This document shows, in pieces, positions 47,951-56,983 of a stretch of DNA of 64,000 nt. The DNA comes from a bacterium (GTDB lineage Bacteria > Armatimonadota > JACIXR01): NCBI GenBank assembly GCA_014360465.1, contig JACIXQ010000001.1:35677-99676 (forward strand), written 5' to 3'. The notes beneath the pieces were generated by a model. It was not told where the DNA came from. It saw nothing but the letters and a program-made list of their open reading frames with translations, and did not search any database. The stretch's first letter is position 1. Each line of letters begins with the position of its first letter. A program made the translations under genes and the position numbers.

Positions 47951-49756
47951 ATGAGGCGTTTTTATCTTTTCCTTGGGCTCCTTCTATTTATCACTGGGAG
48001 TATCTTCCCACTGCAGTTCGTGCATATAACCGATACACATATTGGGTCGGCAAGCGGGGCAAAGAATTTGAATTCCTTCTGCCAGTTACTGAACTCTTTT
48101 CCCGAGAAGCCGGATTTTATCATCCACACAGGGGACATAACGGAGTTCGGAGCGGATGAGGAATTTCAAACCTATTCCCGCATCGTTTCAGCCCTCAACA
48201 TACCCATTTATCACACCCTTGGTAACCACGATGTCCGCTGGAATGGAGCCATCTTGGCAATAGCTCCAAAGCTTTTCCCAAGCTATAGTAGGCGTGGTTA
48301 TACATTCAACAAGGAGGGTATAACTTTTATCGGTTTGGATTCCTCTTTCCCATTTAGCCAGTATGGAATTATTGACCCTTCCCAGCTTAACTGGTTGAAA
48401 GAGACATTGAGTCAACTTCCAAAGGACCAGCCGATAGTGGTTTTTTGTCATCATCCATTGATGCTATCCAACAACTTCCTCTTTGGTCAGCAGGCTTTGT
48501 TAGAGATTTTGAAGCCTTATAATGTGGTCCTTTTTCTTACAGGGCACGGGCACTCAGATAGGGTTTGGCAAGTAGATGGGATAAATTTCCTTATGACCAA
48601 AGGATTAATGGATGCGGATGCCAGCTTCCGTCTCATAAAAATAGAGAACGAGGGAATAGAGGTTGCTACTTATGGTCTGGATGGGAAGGAGAAGAGTGCG
48701 AGGTTGAAGTTTAATCTTAAAAGGGTGGGGCAGTCGGAGATTTCTCCGAATTCAAAAAGTGCTAATCAGGGAAATTTGGTTGCTCAATTGAATGGGGCGA
48801 TTCAAGGAGACTTAGTTGCCTCTGGCAATCTGATTTTCGCCTGTAGCTGGGATGGGGAAGTCCTTGCGCTGGATGGAAAGAGCAGAACAGTGGTCTGGAA
48901 AAAAAGGATGGATTCGCCTATCCTTTCTTCTCCCTATGTGGAGAACGGGGTTTTGTTCGTTGGTTTTCTCAACGGCTATGTGAGGGCGTTTGAATGCAAA
49001 ACGGGTTCTATGAAATGGGAGGTTAAATTGCCAGAGCCCGTGACGGGACGGCTAAATGGAAAAAATGATAGATTGTTCGTTCCAGCGAACCGTTCTATCT
49101 TTGCCTTAAGAACAGACAATGGAAGCATAATCTGGAGAAAGGACATTGGAGGCAGTTTGGAGAGTAAACCCTTGATAAAGGATGGTATTCTCTATATTGG
49201 TGCTTGGGATAAGAATCTCTATGCATTGAGAGCCGATAACGGTGAGATAATTTGGAAAAAGGAGACAGCACGTTCCCGTTATTTTTCTCCTGCCACTTGT
49301 CTTCCCATCGCCTGGAATAATTTTATCTTAATCACACAGGCTTACGATAGTAGCAGTAAAAAGGGCGGTCTGTTAGCCCTTGATGAAAACGGCGAAATTG
49401 TTTGGCAAGTGGAAGGTAATTTCGGTTATTCTACTCCCATTGTTGCGGGGGATAAGCTTTTCATAGTTTCTATGGAGGGGAAACTGCTTTGTGTTTCGCC
49501 GAAGGGTGAGGTCATCTGGAACATCTCATTGGGAACATCGTTCTTCAATTCCCGCCCAGTGATTGCGGGAGGGAAACTTTATAGCGTTTCTTTCAACGGA
49601 ACGCTTTTCATCCTGGACATATCAAATGGAAAATTGATTAGCAAGGTAAGGCTTTCTCAAGATGGTTGTTGTGTTTCTACCCCAGTGATAAGCGAAGGTA
49701 GCATTTTTATAGGGGATATGATGGGTAGGATTTTTGCTTTCCCTCTTTCTGGTTAA
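47951..49756 (+). CDS. Calcineurin-like metallophosphoesterase fused to a PQQ-repeat (BamB-like) beta-propeller; secreted
   Basis: N-terminal metallophosphoesterase motifs (HITDTH, GD(IT)EFG, GNHD, GHGH). The C-terminal half contains about six repeats of the DG.I.W..-type (e.g. DNGEIIWKKE). Confidence 0.7.
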   Translation: MRRFYLFLGLLLFITGSIFPLQFVHITDTHIGSASGAKNLNSFCQLLNSFPEKPDFIIHTGDITEFGADEEFQTYSRIVSALNIPIYHTLGNHDVRWNGAILAIAPKLFPSYSRRGYTFNKEGITFIGLDSSFPFSQYGIIDPSQLNWLKETLSQLPKDQPIVVFCHHPLMLSNNFLFGQQALLEILKPYNVVLFLTGHGHSDRVWQVDGINFLMTKGLMDADASFRLIKIENEGIEVATYGLDGKEKSARLKFNLKRVGQSEISPNSKSANQGNLVAQLNGAIQGDLVASGNLIFACSWDGEVLALDGKSRTVVWKKRMDSPILSSPYVENGVLFVGFLNGYVRAFECKTGSMKWEVKLPEPVTGRLNGKNDRLFVPANRSIFALRTDNGSIIWRKDIGGSLESKPLIKDGILYIGAWDKNLYALRADNGEIIWKKETARSRYFSPATCLPIAWNNFILITQAYDSSSKKGGLLALDENGEIVWQVEGNFGYSTPIVAGDKLFIVSMEGKLLCVSPKGEVIWNISLGTSFFNSRPVIAGGKLYSVSFNGTLFILDISNGKLISKVRLSQDGCCVSTPVISEGSIFIGDMMGRIFAFPLSG

Positions 49757-50253
49757 TCTTCTTCCTCATCTATGTCCAGGAAGAGGGTTTCTTCGTCCTG
49801 GTCATATCCGAAGAGCTCGGCGTAGCGTCCCCAGCTTATCGCTGTGCGCAGAAGGAGGTCAGCTTCCTCTTCGGACAAATCTTCCAGGAATATTTCAAGG
49901 ACTTCATCTTTTTGGAGGGGTTTTCCCTTATTTGCTTTTAGCAACTCAAGGATCTTCTTCATCCAGGGGACTTCCATTACCGCCCTGGCAAATATCTCCT
50001 TTCTTTCCTGGATATTTCCCCGCAGGAATTCGTAGCCCCAATCGGTTATCTCTATGTCGCCGCCTTCGGCGACGACGAAGCCGAGGAGTTCAGCTGCTCT
50101 TATTACAGGCAGGAGGTCATCCAGCTCAAATTGTAAACTCCGAGCCAGTTTTGGAATATCCTCCTTGCCTCCTAAATCATCAAGTATTTCCAATAAACCT
50201 ATAATTTGTTCTACCTCCGCACTTGGCAGAGGTTCACCATCCATAGCAAGCAA
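49753..50253 (-). CDS. Acidic hypothetical protein, possibly a stand-alone AAA-associated C-terminal domain of NitT/TauT-type ABC ATPases
   Basis: 166 aa, very Asp/Glu-rich, encoded directly downstream of the ABC ATPase on the same strand. No catalytic motif. Confidence 0.35.
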   Translation of the reverse strand: MLAMDGEPLPSAEVEQIIGLLEILDDLGGKEDIPKLARSLQFELDDLLPVIRAAELLGFVVAEGGDIEITDWGYEFLRGNIQERKEIFARAVMEVPWMKKILELLKANKGKPLQKDEVLEIFLEDLSEEEADLLLRTAISWGRYAELFGYDQDEETLFLDIDEEED

Positions 50254-50265
50254 CCTCCTTTCTTA

Positions 50266-51048
50266 TCATACTATAATGGCATAGACCTTGTCCACAATTT
50301 TTTGGAACTCCTCATCCCGCTGATTGCGAGGACGAGGGAGGGTAACATCGATTTCACCGATGATTTTACCTGGGTGGGTGGACATTGCTACTATCCTATC
50401 GCTCATAAAGACTGCTTCCTCTATGCTATGGGTAACCATAAGGATTGCAAGTATAGGTAGTTCCTTATTGCCCCAAAGCCTCAGGAGCTCTTCTCTGAGG
50501 TTCTGGCTGGTGAGTGGGTCAAGACTTGAGAAAGGTTCATCCATACAGAGAAGCTCAGGCTCAAGAGCAAGGGCACGGGCGAAGCCAACTCTCTGCTTCA
50601 TACCACCCGAAAGCTCCCTGGGATAGGCGTTCTCGTGTCCATCAAGCCCTACTTTTTCCAACCAATACTTTACTCTTCTTTCCCTTTCCTTTTTATCAAT
50701 CCCGCGTGCTTCAAGACCCAATTCCACATTTTGCCAGACCGTGAGCCAGGGGACCAGAGCAAAATTCTGGAATACAAGTGCTGTCTTGGCATTTACCCCC
50801 TCTACTGGTTGTCCCCGATAGAGGATTTGTCCCTTTGTAGGTCTATCGAGTCCAACTATCATCCTGAGGAGGGTGCTTTTACCGCAGCCGGAAGGACCAA
50901 CTAAGCAGACGAACTCGTTCTCAAAGACATCAAAGGAAACATCCTCAAGAACCACGATGTTGGTATCCTCGTGGTGGTATGTGCGATATACATTCCGCAC
51001 TTCCAGAAGTTTAGGCTTCAAAGTTGTATTTCCGTTCGGCAAGCTCAT
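50266..51048 (-). CDS. ABC transporter ATP-binding protein (NitT/TauT, SsuB/TauB-like)
   Basis: Walker A GPSGCGKST, Q-loop, signature LSGGMKQRVGFARAL, and Walker B LLCMDEPFSSLD. Confidence 0.9.
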   Translation of the reverse strand: MSLPNGNTTLKPKLLEVRNVYRTYHHEDTNIVVLEDVSFDVFENEFVCLVGPSGCGKSTLLRMIVGLDRPTKGQILYRGQPVEGVNAKTALVFQNFALVPWLTVWQNVELGLEARGIDKKERERRVKYWLEKVGLDGHENAYPRELSGGMKQRVGFARALALEPELLCMDEPFSSLDPLTSQNLREELLRLWGNKELPILAILMVTHSIEEAVFMSDRIVAMSTHPGKIIGEIDVTLPRPRNQRDEEFQKIVDKVYAIIV

Positions 51049-52702
51049 ACATCTTTCTCCAGAAGAATTTGTTCAAAAGAACTATTGTAAGGCTCATAGA
51101 AGCGAGTGAAATCAGGATCAGGGCGAGATTGCCCGCCTTGTAAGTAGCATAATCTAAAAGATAACCGATGCCAAATGCATAGTAAAGTTTGCCCTTAAAG
51201 GTAATCCATTCGGCGACGATGAGCGCATTCCAGGCGCCACCCCAGGCAGTGATGCTACCGGTTATGAGGGCGGGGAATACCGCGGGCAGAAGAATCTTTC
51301 GCCAATAGCGAAAGCCCCGTATGCCCAGAATGGCGGATAACTGCCTTAAATCGGTTGGGATTGACTTAACGCCACCGATTAGATTGAAGAGAAGATACCA
51401 CTGAGAACCGGTGAGTATGAGAAGAATTGTAGCGATGTTCACATTTCCTGTTATGCTGACGATATAACGAACGATGAAAGGAAAGAAGGCGATGGCTGGT
51501 ATGGAGGCAAAAGCTTGGATTAAGGGCATAAAGAAATTTTCCCTTCTCTTGTTTGAAGCGATGTAGACAGCAGTGGGAAGTGTCCAAAGCAATGCAAGGA
51601 TATAGGCTACAGCGATTCTTCCTGCTGATGCAAGAATGGCAGCAGGAATTTTAAATAGGTAAGCCTTATCTATTTGGACAAGGGAGGAAGTGAGGGAGAT
51701 GATTGCGAGTGATGTACCAAAGGCGATTAAAAAGAGAATGATTGTGGCGAGAGATAATCGCAGGTAGGATGAAAGGGAAGAGGGGAGCTGGATGGGTTTA
51801 AGACGCAGGTTCAATATAGGAGAGATTAGGCGACGAATAAATGAAAGGAGGGAAGATATAAGGGCGATATTGGCTATTTTGACCCACATAAGATAGGTAA
51901 GTGGAGGCTCCGCGGTTGATGATACCATTTCATAGCGGAATTTTTCTGCCCAGTAGGAAAGAGGTTGCCAGATGAAAAAGTACATAAGAAAAATTACGAA
52001 AACAAGCGCTCCTATGCCAGCAAGAGCGAGGTCAATCCTTCCTTTGTCCACAGCCATTTGCAGAAAGCTTCCCAGACCTGGAAGATGGTAATTCATAGGA
52101 CCTATAGCGATTATCTCGCAGGCGATAAGGAAATACCAGCCACCAGCCCAGGACATCATTGAATTGTAAACTACCTTTGGAATAGATGAAGGAACTATGA
52201 GAATGAAGAATTTTTTCAACCCGCTGATGTTCATTAAGTCGATGGCTTCCTTTATCTCCTCTGGTATAGTTTTTATGGACTCGTATATTGAAAAAGTTAT
52301 ATTCCAAGCTTGGGATGTGAAAATTAGGAATATGGCCGCCATTTCTACACCAATGCGGGAGCCATGAAATAAGTTGACGAAGAAATAAACGGCAGCTGGG
52401 AAGAAGCCGAGCACGGGAACCGACTGAAGTATGTCAAGGATTGCCAGCATAATTCCTTCTCGCCGTGGACTCGTTGCAGCTAAATAAGCATAAGTATAAG
52501 AGAATATTAATGATAAAATGTAAGCGGAGAACATTCGCAAAAGGGACCAAAGGGTGTAAATCGGGAGTTTTCTGTATTCAACAGGGATATGTGGCGGTAA
52601 TAGGGCAAAATGGAGGCGTTCCCTATATAGAAAATAAGCTATCCCCATTACAAGCAGAAAGGCGGTTATCTTCGTTAAAGTTTCCCAGATGTTTCTTCTC
52701 AT
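51011..52702 (-). CDS. ABC transporter permease with two fused TauC/SsuC-like transmembrane domains
   Basis: 563 aa containing two tandem BPD-transporter-like modules, each with about six TM helices and an EAA-like loop. Confidence 0.8.
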   Translation of the reverse strand: MRRNIWETLTKITAFLLVMGIAYFLYRERLHFALLPPHIPVEYRKLPIYTLWSLLRMFSAYILSLIFSYTYAYLAATSPRREGIMLAILDILQSVPVLGFFPAAVYFFVNLFHGSRIGVEMAAIFLIFTSQAWNITFSIYESIKTIPEEIKEAIDLMNISGLKKFFILIVPSSIPKVVYNSMMSWAGGWYFLIACEIIAIGPMNYHLPGLGSFLQMAVDKGRIDLALAGIGALVFVIFLMYFFIWQPLSYWAEKFRYEMVSSTAEPPLTYLMWVKIANIALISSLLSFIRRLISPILNLRLKPIQLPSSLSSYLRLSLATIILFLIAFGTSLAIISLTSSLVQIDKAYLFKIPAAILASAGRIAVAYILALLWTLPTAVYIASNKRRENFFMPLIQAFASIPAIAFFPFIVRYIVSITGNVNIATILLILTGSQWYLLFNLIGGVKSIPTDLRQLSAILGIRGFRYWRKILLPAVFPALITGSITAWGGAWNALIVAEWITFKGKLYYAFGIGYLLDYATYKAGNLALILISLASMSLTIVLLNKFFWRKMYELAERKYNFEA

Positions 52703-52717
52703 ATCTTGAGTTGGTTT

Positions 52718-53203
52718 CTAAATCTTGATTATCTCTCCTTTGATTTCTTTCCCGATGTAAAGAATACCTATGGAGTTATAAGGAGCGAATATTTTATCGG
52801 TTGGGCTCCCTGGATTGAAAAGAAGGATGCCTTGCCGCTCCTCATTGAATGGCTGATGGGAATGCCCAAAGACGATGCACTGGACATTCTCTCCCATAAA
52901 TGCTTCTAAAACCCTGAGTGGCAACCCTTTAGGGTCTCCCCAGCCATGAATCAAACCGATACTTACGCTACCAACTTTGATAATTCTCTTCATTGGAAGT
53001 TCTTCTTTCACCTCGTAAGGGTCCATATTGCCCGCTACTGCCTTGACTGGTGCTATCTCTTGAAGGTCATAGAGGACAAGGATGTCCTCAATATCGCCAG
53101 CATGCAATATCAGGTCAACTCCCTTGAAATGTTGGAAGACAGCCTCTGGGAGTTGGTCTGCCCTTGTCGGTATATGGGTATCGGAGATAACGCCTATCTT
53201 CAC
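52718..53203 (-). CDS. YfcE / MJ0936-family metallophosphoesterase (phosphodiesterase)
   Basis: MKIGVISDTHIP, ILHAGDI, GNMD, and VFGHSHQPF motifs; 161 aa. Confidence 0.85.
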   Translation of the reverse strand: MKIGVISDTHIPTRADQLPEAVFQHFKGVDLILHAGDIEDILVLYDLQEIAPVKAVAGNMDPYEVKEELPMKRIIKVGSVSIGLIHGWGDPKGLPLRVLEAFMGENVQCIVFGHSHQPFNEERQGILLFNPGSPTDKIFAPYNSIGILYIGKEIKGEIIKI

Positions 53204-53282
53204 ATTTAAATTTATGTATTGCAGGTAGGTTTAAGTCAAGTTAAAATTACTAAAACAATATTCTGATAGGGAGGGAAACGAT

Positions 53283-54956
53283 ATGAAGATGTTGTTCCTT
53301 ATCGGTATATTAACTATTACCTTATCGTTCACTTATGCCCAGCAAGCGGGGATGTTCAATGTCAAGGATTTCGGAGCGAAGGGTGATGGTACTACTGATG
53401 ATACCAAGGCTTTTCAAGCTGCTTTGGATGCCTGTGGAGAGGCTGGCGGTGGTATAGTTTTCGCTCCCACGGGTAATTACCTGATAAAAGGGCATTTATC
53501 TATTCCTCCTTATGTTACGCTTGAGGGTGTTTGGCGAGCTCCAAGCACCTGGTCGCAATATAAAGGGACTACTCTCCTTGCGGTGGAAGGGGAGGGGGAA
53601 GAGAATGGCACCCCTTTCATAACACTTCACACAAGCTCAACCTTGAAAGGCGTCACAATATTCTATCCAAACCAGAAGGCTGATAACATACGCCCTTATC
53701 CCTGGACGATAAGGGGGAGGGGAGACAATTGCTCGGTCATAGATGTTCTCATAGTTAATCCCTACCAAGCGGTAGATTTCGGCACATATCCCTGTGGTCG
53801 ACATTATGTGCGGGGACTTTATGCCCAACCATTGAGGAAGGGACTTTATATTGACCAGTGCTATGACATTGGAAGAGTGGAGAATGTTCACTTCTGGCCG
53901 TTCTGGACTTGGGATGATAAGAGCGGGATAAGGGATTACCTCTGGAAAAACGGAGAAGCTTTTATAATTGGGAGGACAGATTGGGAGTATGTCTACAATA
54001 CATTCTGTTTTGGCTACAAGATAGGCTATCGCTTTATAAGGACGAAGAACGGCGTTGCCAATGGAAATTTCCTTGGAATTGGTGCTGACGCAACTGAGAT
54101 AGCCTTATTAGTGGAGGATTGTGCTACATATGGTCTGCTCATAACAAATGGCGAATTCGTCAGCTTCGCGGGCGAAAACCCAATTGAAGTTGTGGTTGCA
54201 CCTACTAATACGGGGATGCTTCTTCTTCAGAACTGTGCCTTTTGGGGTCCATCCAATCAAATAGCAAAGATTGAAGGGAAAGGGACAGTTTCCTTCCAGA
54301 ATTGCAACTTTGATTACTGGGATAAGGATGCCAAGGGATTGCCAGCGATAGAAGTTCTTAGTGGAGATGTAATAGTTAACGGGTGTCTTTTCAACAGGGA
54401 TGCGCCCCAAGTGTATCTGGGAAAGGATGTTCGTTATGCAGTGATAACGAGCAATAGGTTCACGGGTTTTTCTCGGATAATTAACGAAGCAAAGGGCAAT
54501 GTTCAGATAGGTTTGAACGCTGCCTTTGAGATAAAGGAAGAGGCGGGTAGCATCGTGATAGATGATAGCTTCCCCGAGCCCTTGTTCAAGAAAATTGGCG
54601 AGTGGTATCTAGCGAAAGCCGGTGGCGATTATGGTGGTAGTAGTTTATGGGCCCCTAAAGGGGATGGAAACGCGAAAGCTATTTGGTCGCCTAAGATAGA
54701 GAAAAAGGGTTACTACAATGTATATGTCTGGTTTGGCGAGGACCCCAATAAGGACCATGCCTCAAACGCTGAGTTCGAAATATATCACGCCAAAGGTAAA
54801 ACCATCAAAATCGTTGATTTGACGAAGAACTTCTCCTGCTGGCATCTTTTGGGGCGTTTTTATTTCGAACCAAATGCTCCCGCTAAAATAGTCCTTTCCA
54901 ATAAGGCTAATGGAAATGTTGTAGCGGACGCTGTGAAACTGGTTCCTACCAAATGA
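53283..54956 (+). CDS. Secreted right-handed beta-helix glycosidase-like protein (Pectate_lyase_3 / GH55-GH28-like) with a C-terminal golvesin-like beta-domain
   Basis: Signal peptide and the hallmark N-terminal FNVKDFGAKGDGTTDDTKAFQAAL. The C-terminal 100 aa (YYNVYVWF...HLLGRFYFEP...VVADAVKLVP) matches the pattern of an accessory domain common on CAZymes. Confidence 0.6.
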   Translation: MKMLFLIGILTITLSFTYAQQAGMFNVKDFGAKGDGTTDDTKAFQAALDACGEAGGGIVFAPTGNYLIKGHLSIPPYVTLEGVWRAPSTWSQYKGTTLLAVEGEGEENGTPFITLHTSSTLKGVTIFYPNQKADNIRPYPWTIRGRGDNCSVIDVLIVNPYQAVDFGTYPCGRHYVRGLYAQPLRKGLYIDQCYDIGRVENVHFWPFWTWDDKSGIRDYLWKNGEAFIIGRTDWEYVYNTFCFGYKIGYRFIRTKNGVANGNFLGIGADATEIALLVEDCATYGLLITNGEFVSFAGENPIEVVVAPTNTGMLLLQNCAFWGPSNQIAKIEGKGTVSFQNCNFDYWDKDAKGLPAIEVLSGDVIVNGCLFNRDAPQVYLGKDVRYAVITSNRFTGFSRIINEAKGNVQIGLNAAFEIKEEAGSIVIDDSFPEPLFKKIGEWYLAKAGGDYGGSSLWAPKGDGNAKAIWSPKIEKKGYYNVYVWFGEDPNKDHASNAEFEIYHAKGKTIKIVDLTKNFSCWHLLGRFYFEPNAPAKIVLSNKANGNVVADAVKLVPTK

Positions 54957-55086
54957 AGGGGTGTAATTCTATCAGAGGTTAGTTCTGAACTCTTTGCTTC
55001 AGAACAGAGAGCTTATTAAAGCGAATTGATATTCCCAAAGTCTTAACCCTTGAGAAATTTGGTCTTTGGGCTAAAATATTATTGCT

Positions 55087-56157
55087 ATGGTGAGAGAAGT
55101 AAAGGATTATTATCAGATTTTGGGAGTTGAGCCTACAGCCACCACAGAGGAGATAAAGAGGCGTTTCAGGGAGCTTGTGCGGCGCTATCATCCTGATGTC
55201 CATCCCGATAAGCTTTTCAGCCACGAGATATTTCGCCAGATACTTGAGGCTTACAAAGTTTTGGGTGACCCAGAGAAAAGGCGGATTTACGATTCATTGA
55301 GGAAGGGGAAAACCCCTGTTAAGGAGGTACTTGTAGAAGTTCCTACGAAACCTCCTGTTGACTTGGAGGGCTTACTTTTGAGGGCGGAGATAGCTCTTAT
55401 AAGAGGTAATCTCAAGGACGCAGTAGAACTTTGTAATGAAGTGCTTAAAAAAGACCCGAGGAACGCATTCGCCTACAATCTGCTGGGCGATATTTTTAGA
55501 GCACAGGGGAGAATTAAAGAAGCGATAGAGATGTATTCCTACGCCGTTCAGTTTGACCCGCATAAGCCGATTTACGCTGAGAAGCTTAACAAGTTGCTCA
55601 AAGGGGAGAGAGGAGTAGAGACGATAGCGGAGGAAAGGATAAGAACAAAACCATTTTCCATTTTTCTCTTCTCGCTCGGTTTGCTTTCCCTCATTCCCAT
55701 ATGCTGGTGGATATCCCACAACCCTGGCACTGTTATAAAAAACTTCCCCTTTGCCAATTTCAGCCTGAATCTCATAATTGCTTTATCTCTCGCAGGAGTA
55801 TCATTGGGATTTTTCTCAGGTTGCTCCCGTTTCCTTCGTAGGCATGACGAGGAATTGATTTTCGCTTTAAGCTGGATTGGAAAAGGATATCTGCCTCTCG
55901 GGTTGATACTCTGCATTTTCTCCTTCGCCTTTTTTTGGGGCTCGTTGATTCTCTATGCGATTATATCGGCTATTCAAGAACATACTTCTTTATCGGTTTG
56001 GAAAGCCTATCTACTTTCTATCCTTGGAATCTTGGCTATCGCCTTTTCACTTCTGCCAATTTGGAAGAGCATCATTCTATGGGGAGGCAATTTCGTGCTT
56101 CCCTTTTTCTTCATCGGCTGGTTGATAGGGGATATATTCCGCCCTATTGGGAGTTAG
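55087..56157 (+). CDS. J-domain (DnaJ-like) protein with a TPR region and a C-terminal multi-TM domain
   Basis: DYYQILGVEPTATTEEIKRRFRELVRRYHPDV with the HPD tripeptide. TPR-like repeats at about residues 100-170. Four to five TM helices at the C-terminus. Confidence 0.7.
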   Translation: MVREVKDYYQILGVEPTATTEEIKRRFRELVRRYHPDVHPDKLFSHEIFRQILEAYKVLGDPEKRRIYDSLRKGKTPVKEVLVEVPTKPPVDLEGLLLRAEIALIRGNLKDAVELCNEVLKKDPRNAFAYNLLGDIFRAQGRIKEAIEMYSYAVQFDPHKPIYAEKLNKLLKGERGVETIAEERIRTKPFSIFLFSLGLLSLIPICWWISHNPGTVIKNFPFANFSLNLIIALSLAGVSLGFFSGCSRFLRRHDEELIFALSWIGKGYLPLGLILCIFSFAFFWGSLILYAIISAIQEHTSLSVWKAYLLSILGILAIAFSLLPIWKSIILWGGNFVLPFFFIGWLIGDIFRPIGS

Positions 56158-56531
56158 GATTTTGAGAAAAACATTCGGATAGCGAGAAGTATAATGATAA
56201 TGGCGAGGAGCTTCTTGACGAGACCGCCGGGGATTTGGGAAACGAGTGTTGCCCCAAGGAATGCTCCCAAAAGCGAACCACACCACATTATTATTGCTAT
56301 TTTCAAATCGGTATTTCCGTAATGAGCGTGGCGGAGAGCACCGACTAAAGCTGTGGGAATCATAACAGCAAGGCTTGTTCCAAGCGCCCTATGGGGTTCT
56401 ACCTTGAACACTTCCGTGAGGATTGGAATTATGATAACCCCTCCACCCAAACCGAAGAAACCACTGAAAGTGCCAACGAAAATGCCGGCTAAAACCAATC
56501 CAATTATTCCGAGCCAGCTAAGGGTTGCCAT
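56154..56531 (-). CDS. Half-size TSUP (TauE/SafE, DUF81) family membrane protein
   Basis: 125 aa with four TM helices and the glycine-rich GLGGGVIIIP motif typical of one TauE repeat. Confidence 0.6.
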   Translation of the reverse strand: MATLSWLGIIGLVLAGIFVGTFSGFFGLGGGVIIIPILTEVFKVEPHRALGTSLAVMIPTALVGALRHAHYGNTDLKIAIIMWCGSLLGAFLGATLVSQIPGGLVKKLLAIIIILLAIRMFFSKS

Positions 56532-56983
56532 AATTCTTCTTTCTCAAGGATTCTTTTTAACGAGATTTCTTTAATCTTAAGTGGACCCAATGGGAGTATT
56601 TTCTCCGTCATTTCGCTGATCACCTGGGCGAATTTTTTGCCCTCTGCGGCAGATATCCATCTTATCTGGAGGCGCTCAGGTTCTATGCCGGCGAAAAGAA
56701 GGAGGTCTTTAAGGAGCATAAATCTGCGGCGGGCGTAATAGTTGCCCTTGGAATAATGGCAATCGCCGGGATGACAACCTGCTACTAAAACTCCATCGAA
56801 ACCCTCTCTGAAGCCCTTTATAACGAAGTATGGGTCCATTCGGGCGGAACAGGGAAAGCGAATAACGCGAGGGGTAGGGGGATAGTGAATGCGGGAGATA
56901 CCAGCGAGGTCTGCGCCAGCATAGGCGCACCAGCGGCACAGAAGGCAGAGAATCCTCGGAGTCCACTCTCTATTCTCTTTCAA
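56504..56983 (-). CDS. mvhD: MvhD-like methyl-viologen-reducing hydrogenase delta subunit, the electron-transfer partner of HdrA
   Basis: Conserved Cys pattern CLLCRWCAY...GCHPGDCHY ([2Fe-2S]-binding MvhD fold). Confidence 0.8.
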   Translation of the reverse strand: MKENREWTPRILCLLCRWCAYAGADLAGISRIHYPPTPRVIRFPCSARMDPYFVIKGFREGFDGVLVAGCHPGDCHYSKGNYYARRRFMLLKDLLLFAGIEPERLQIRWISAAEGKKFAQVISEMTEKILPLGPLKIKEISLKRILEKEELWQPLAGSE

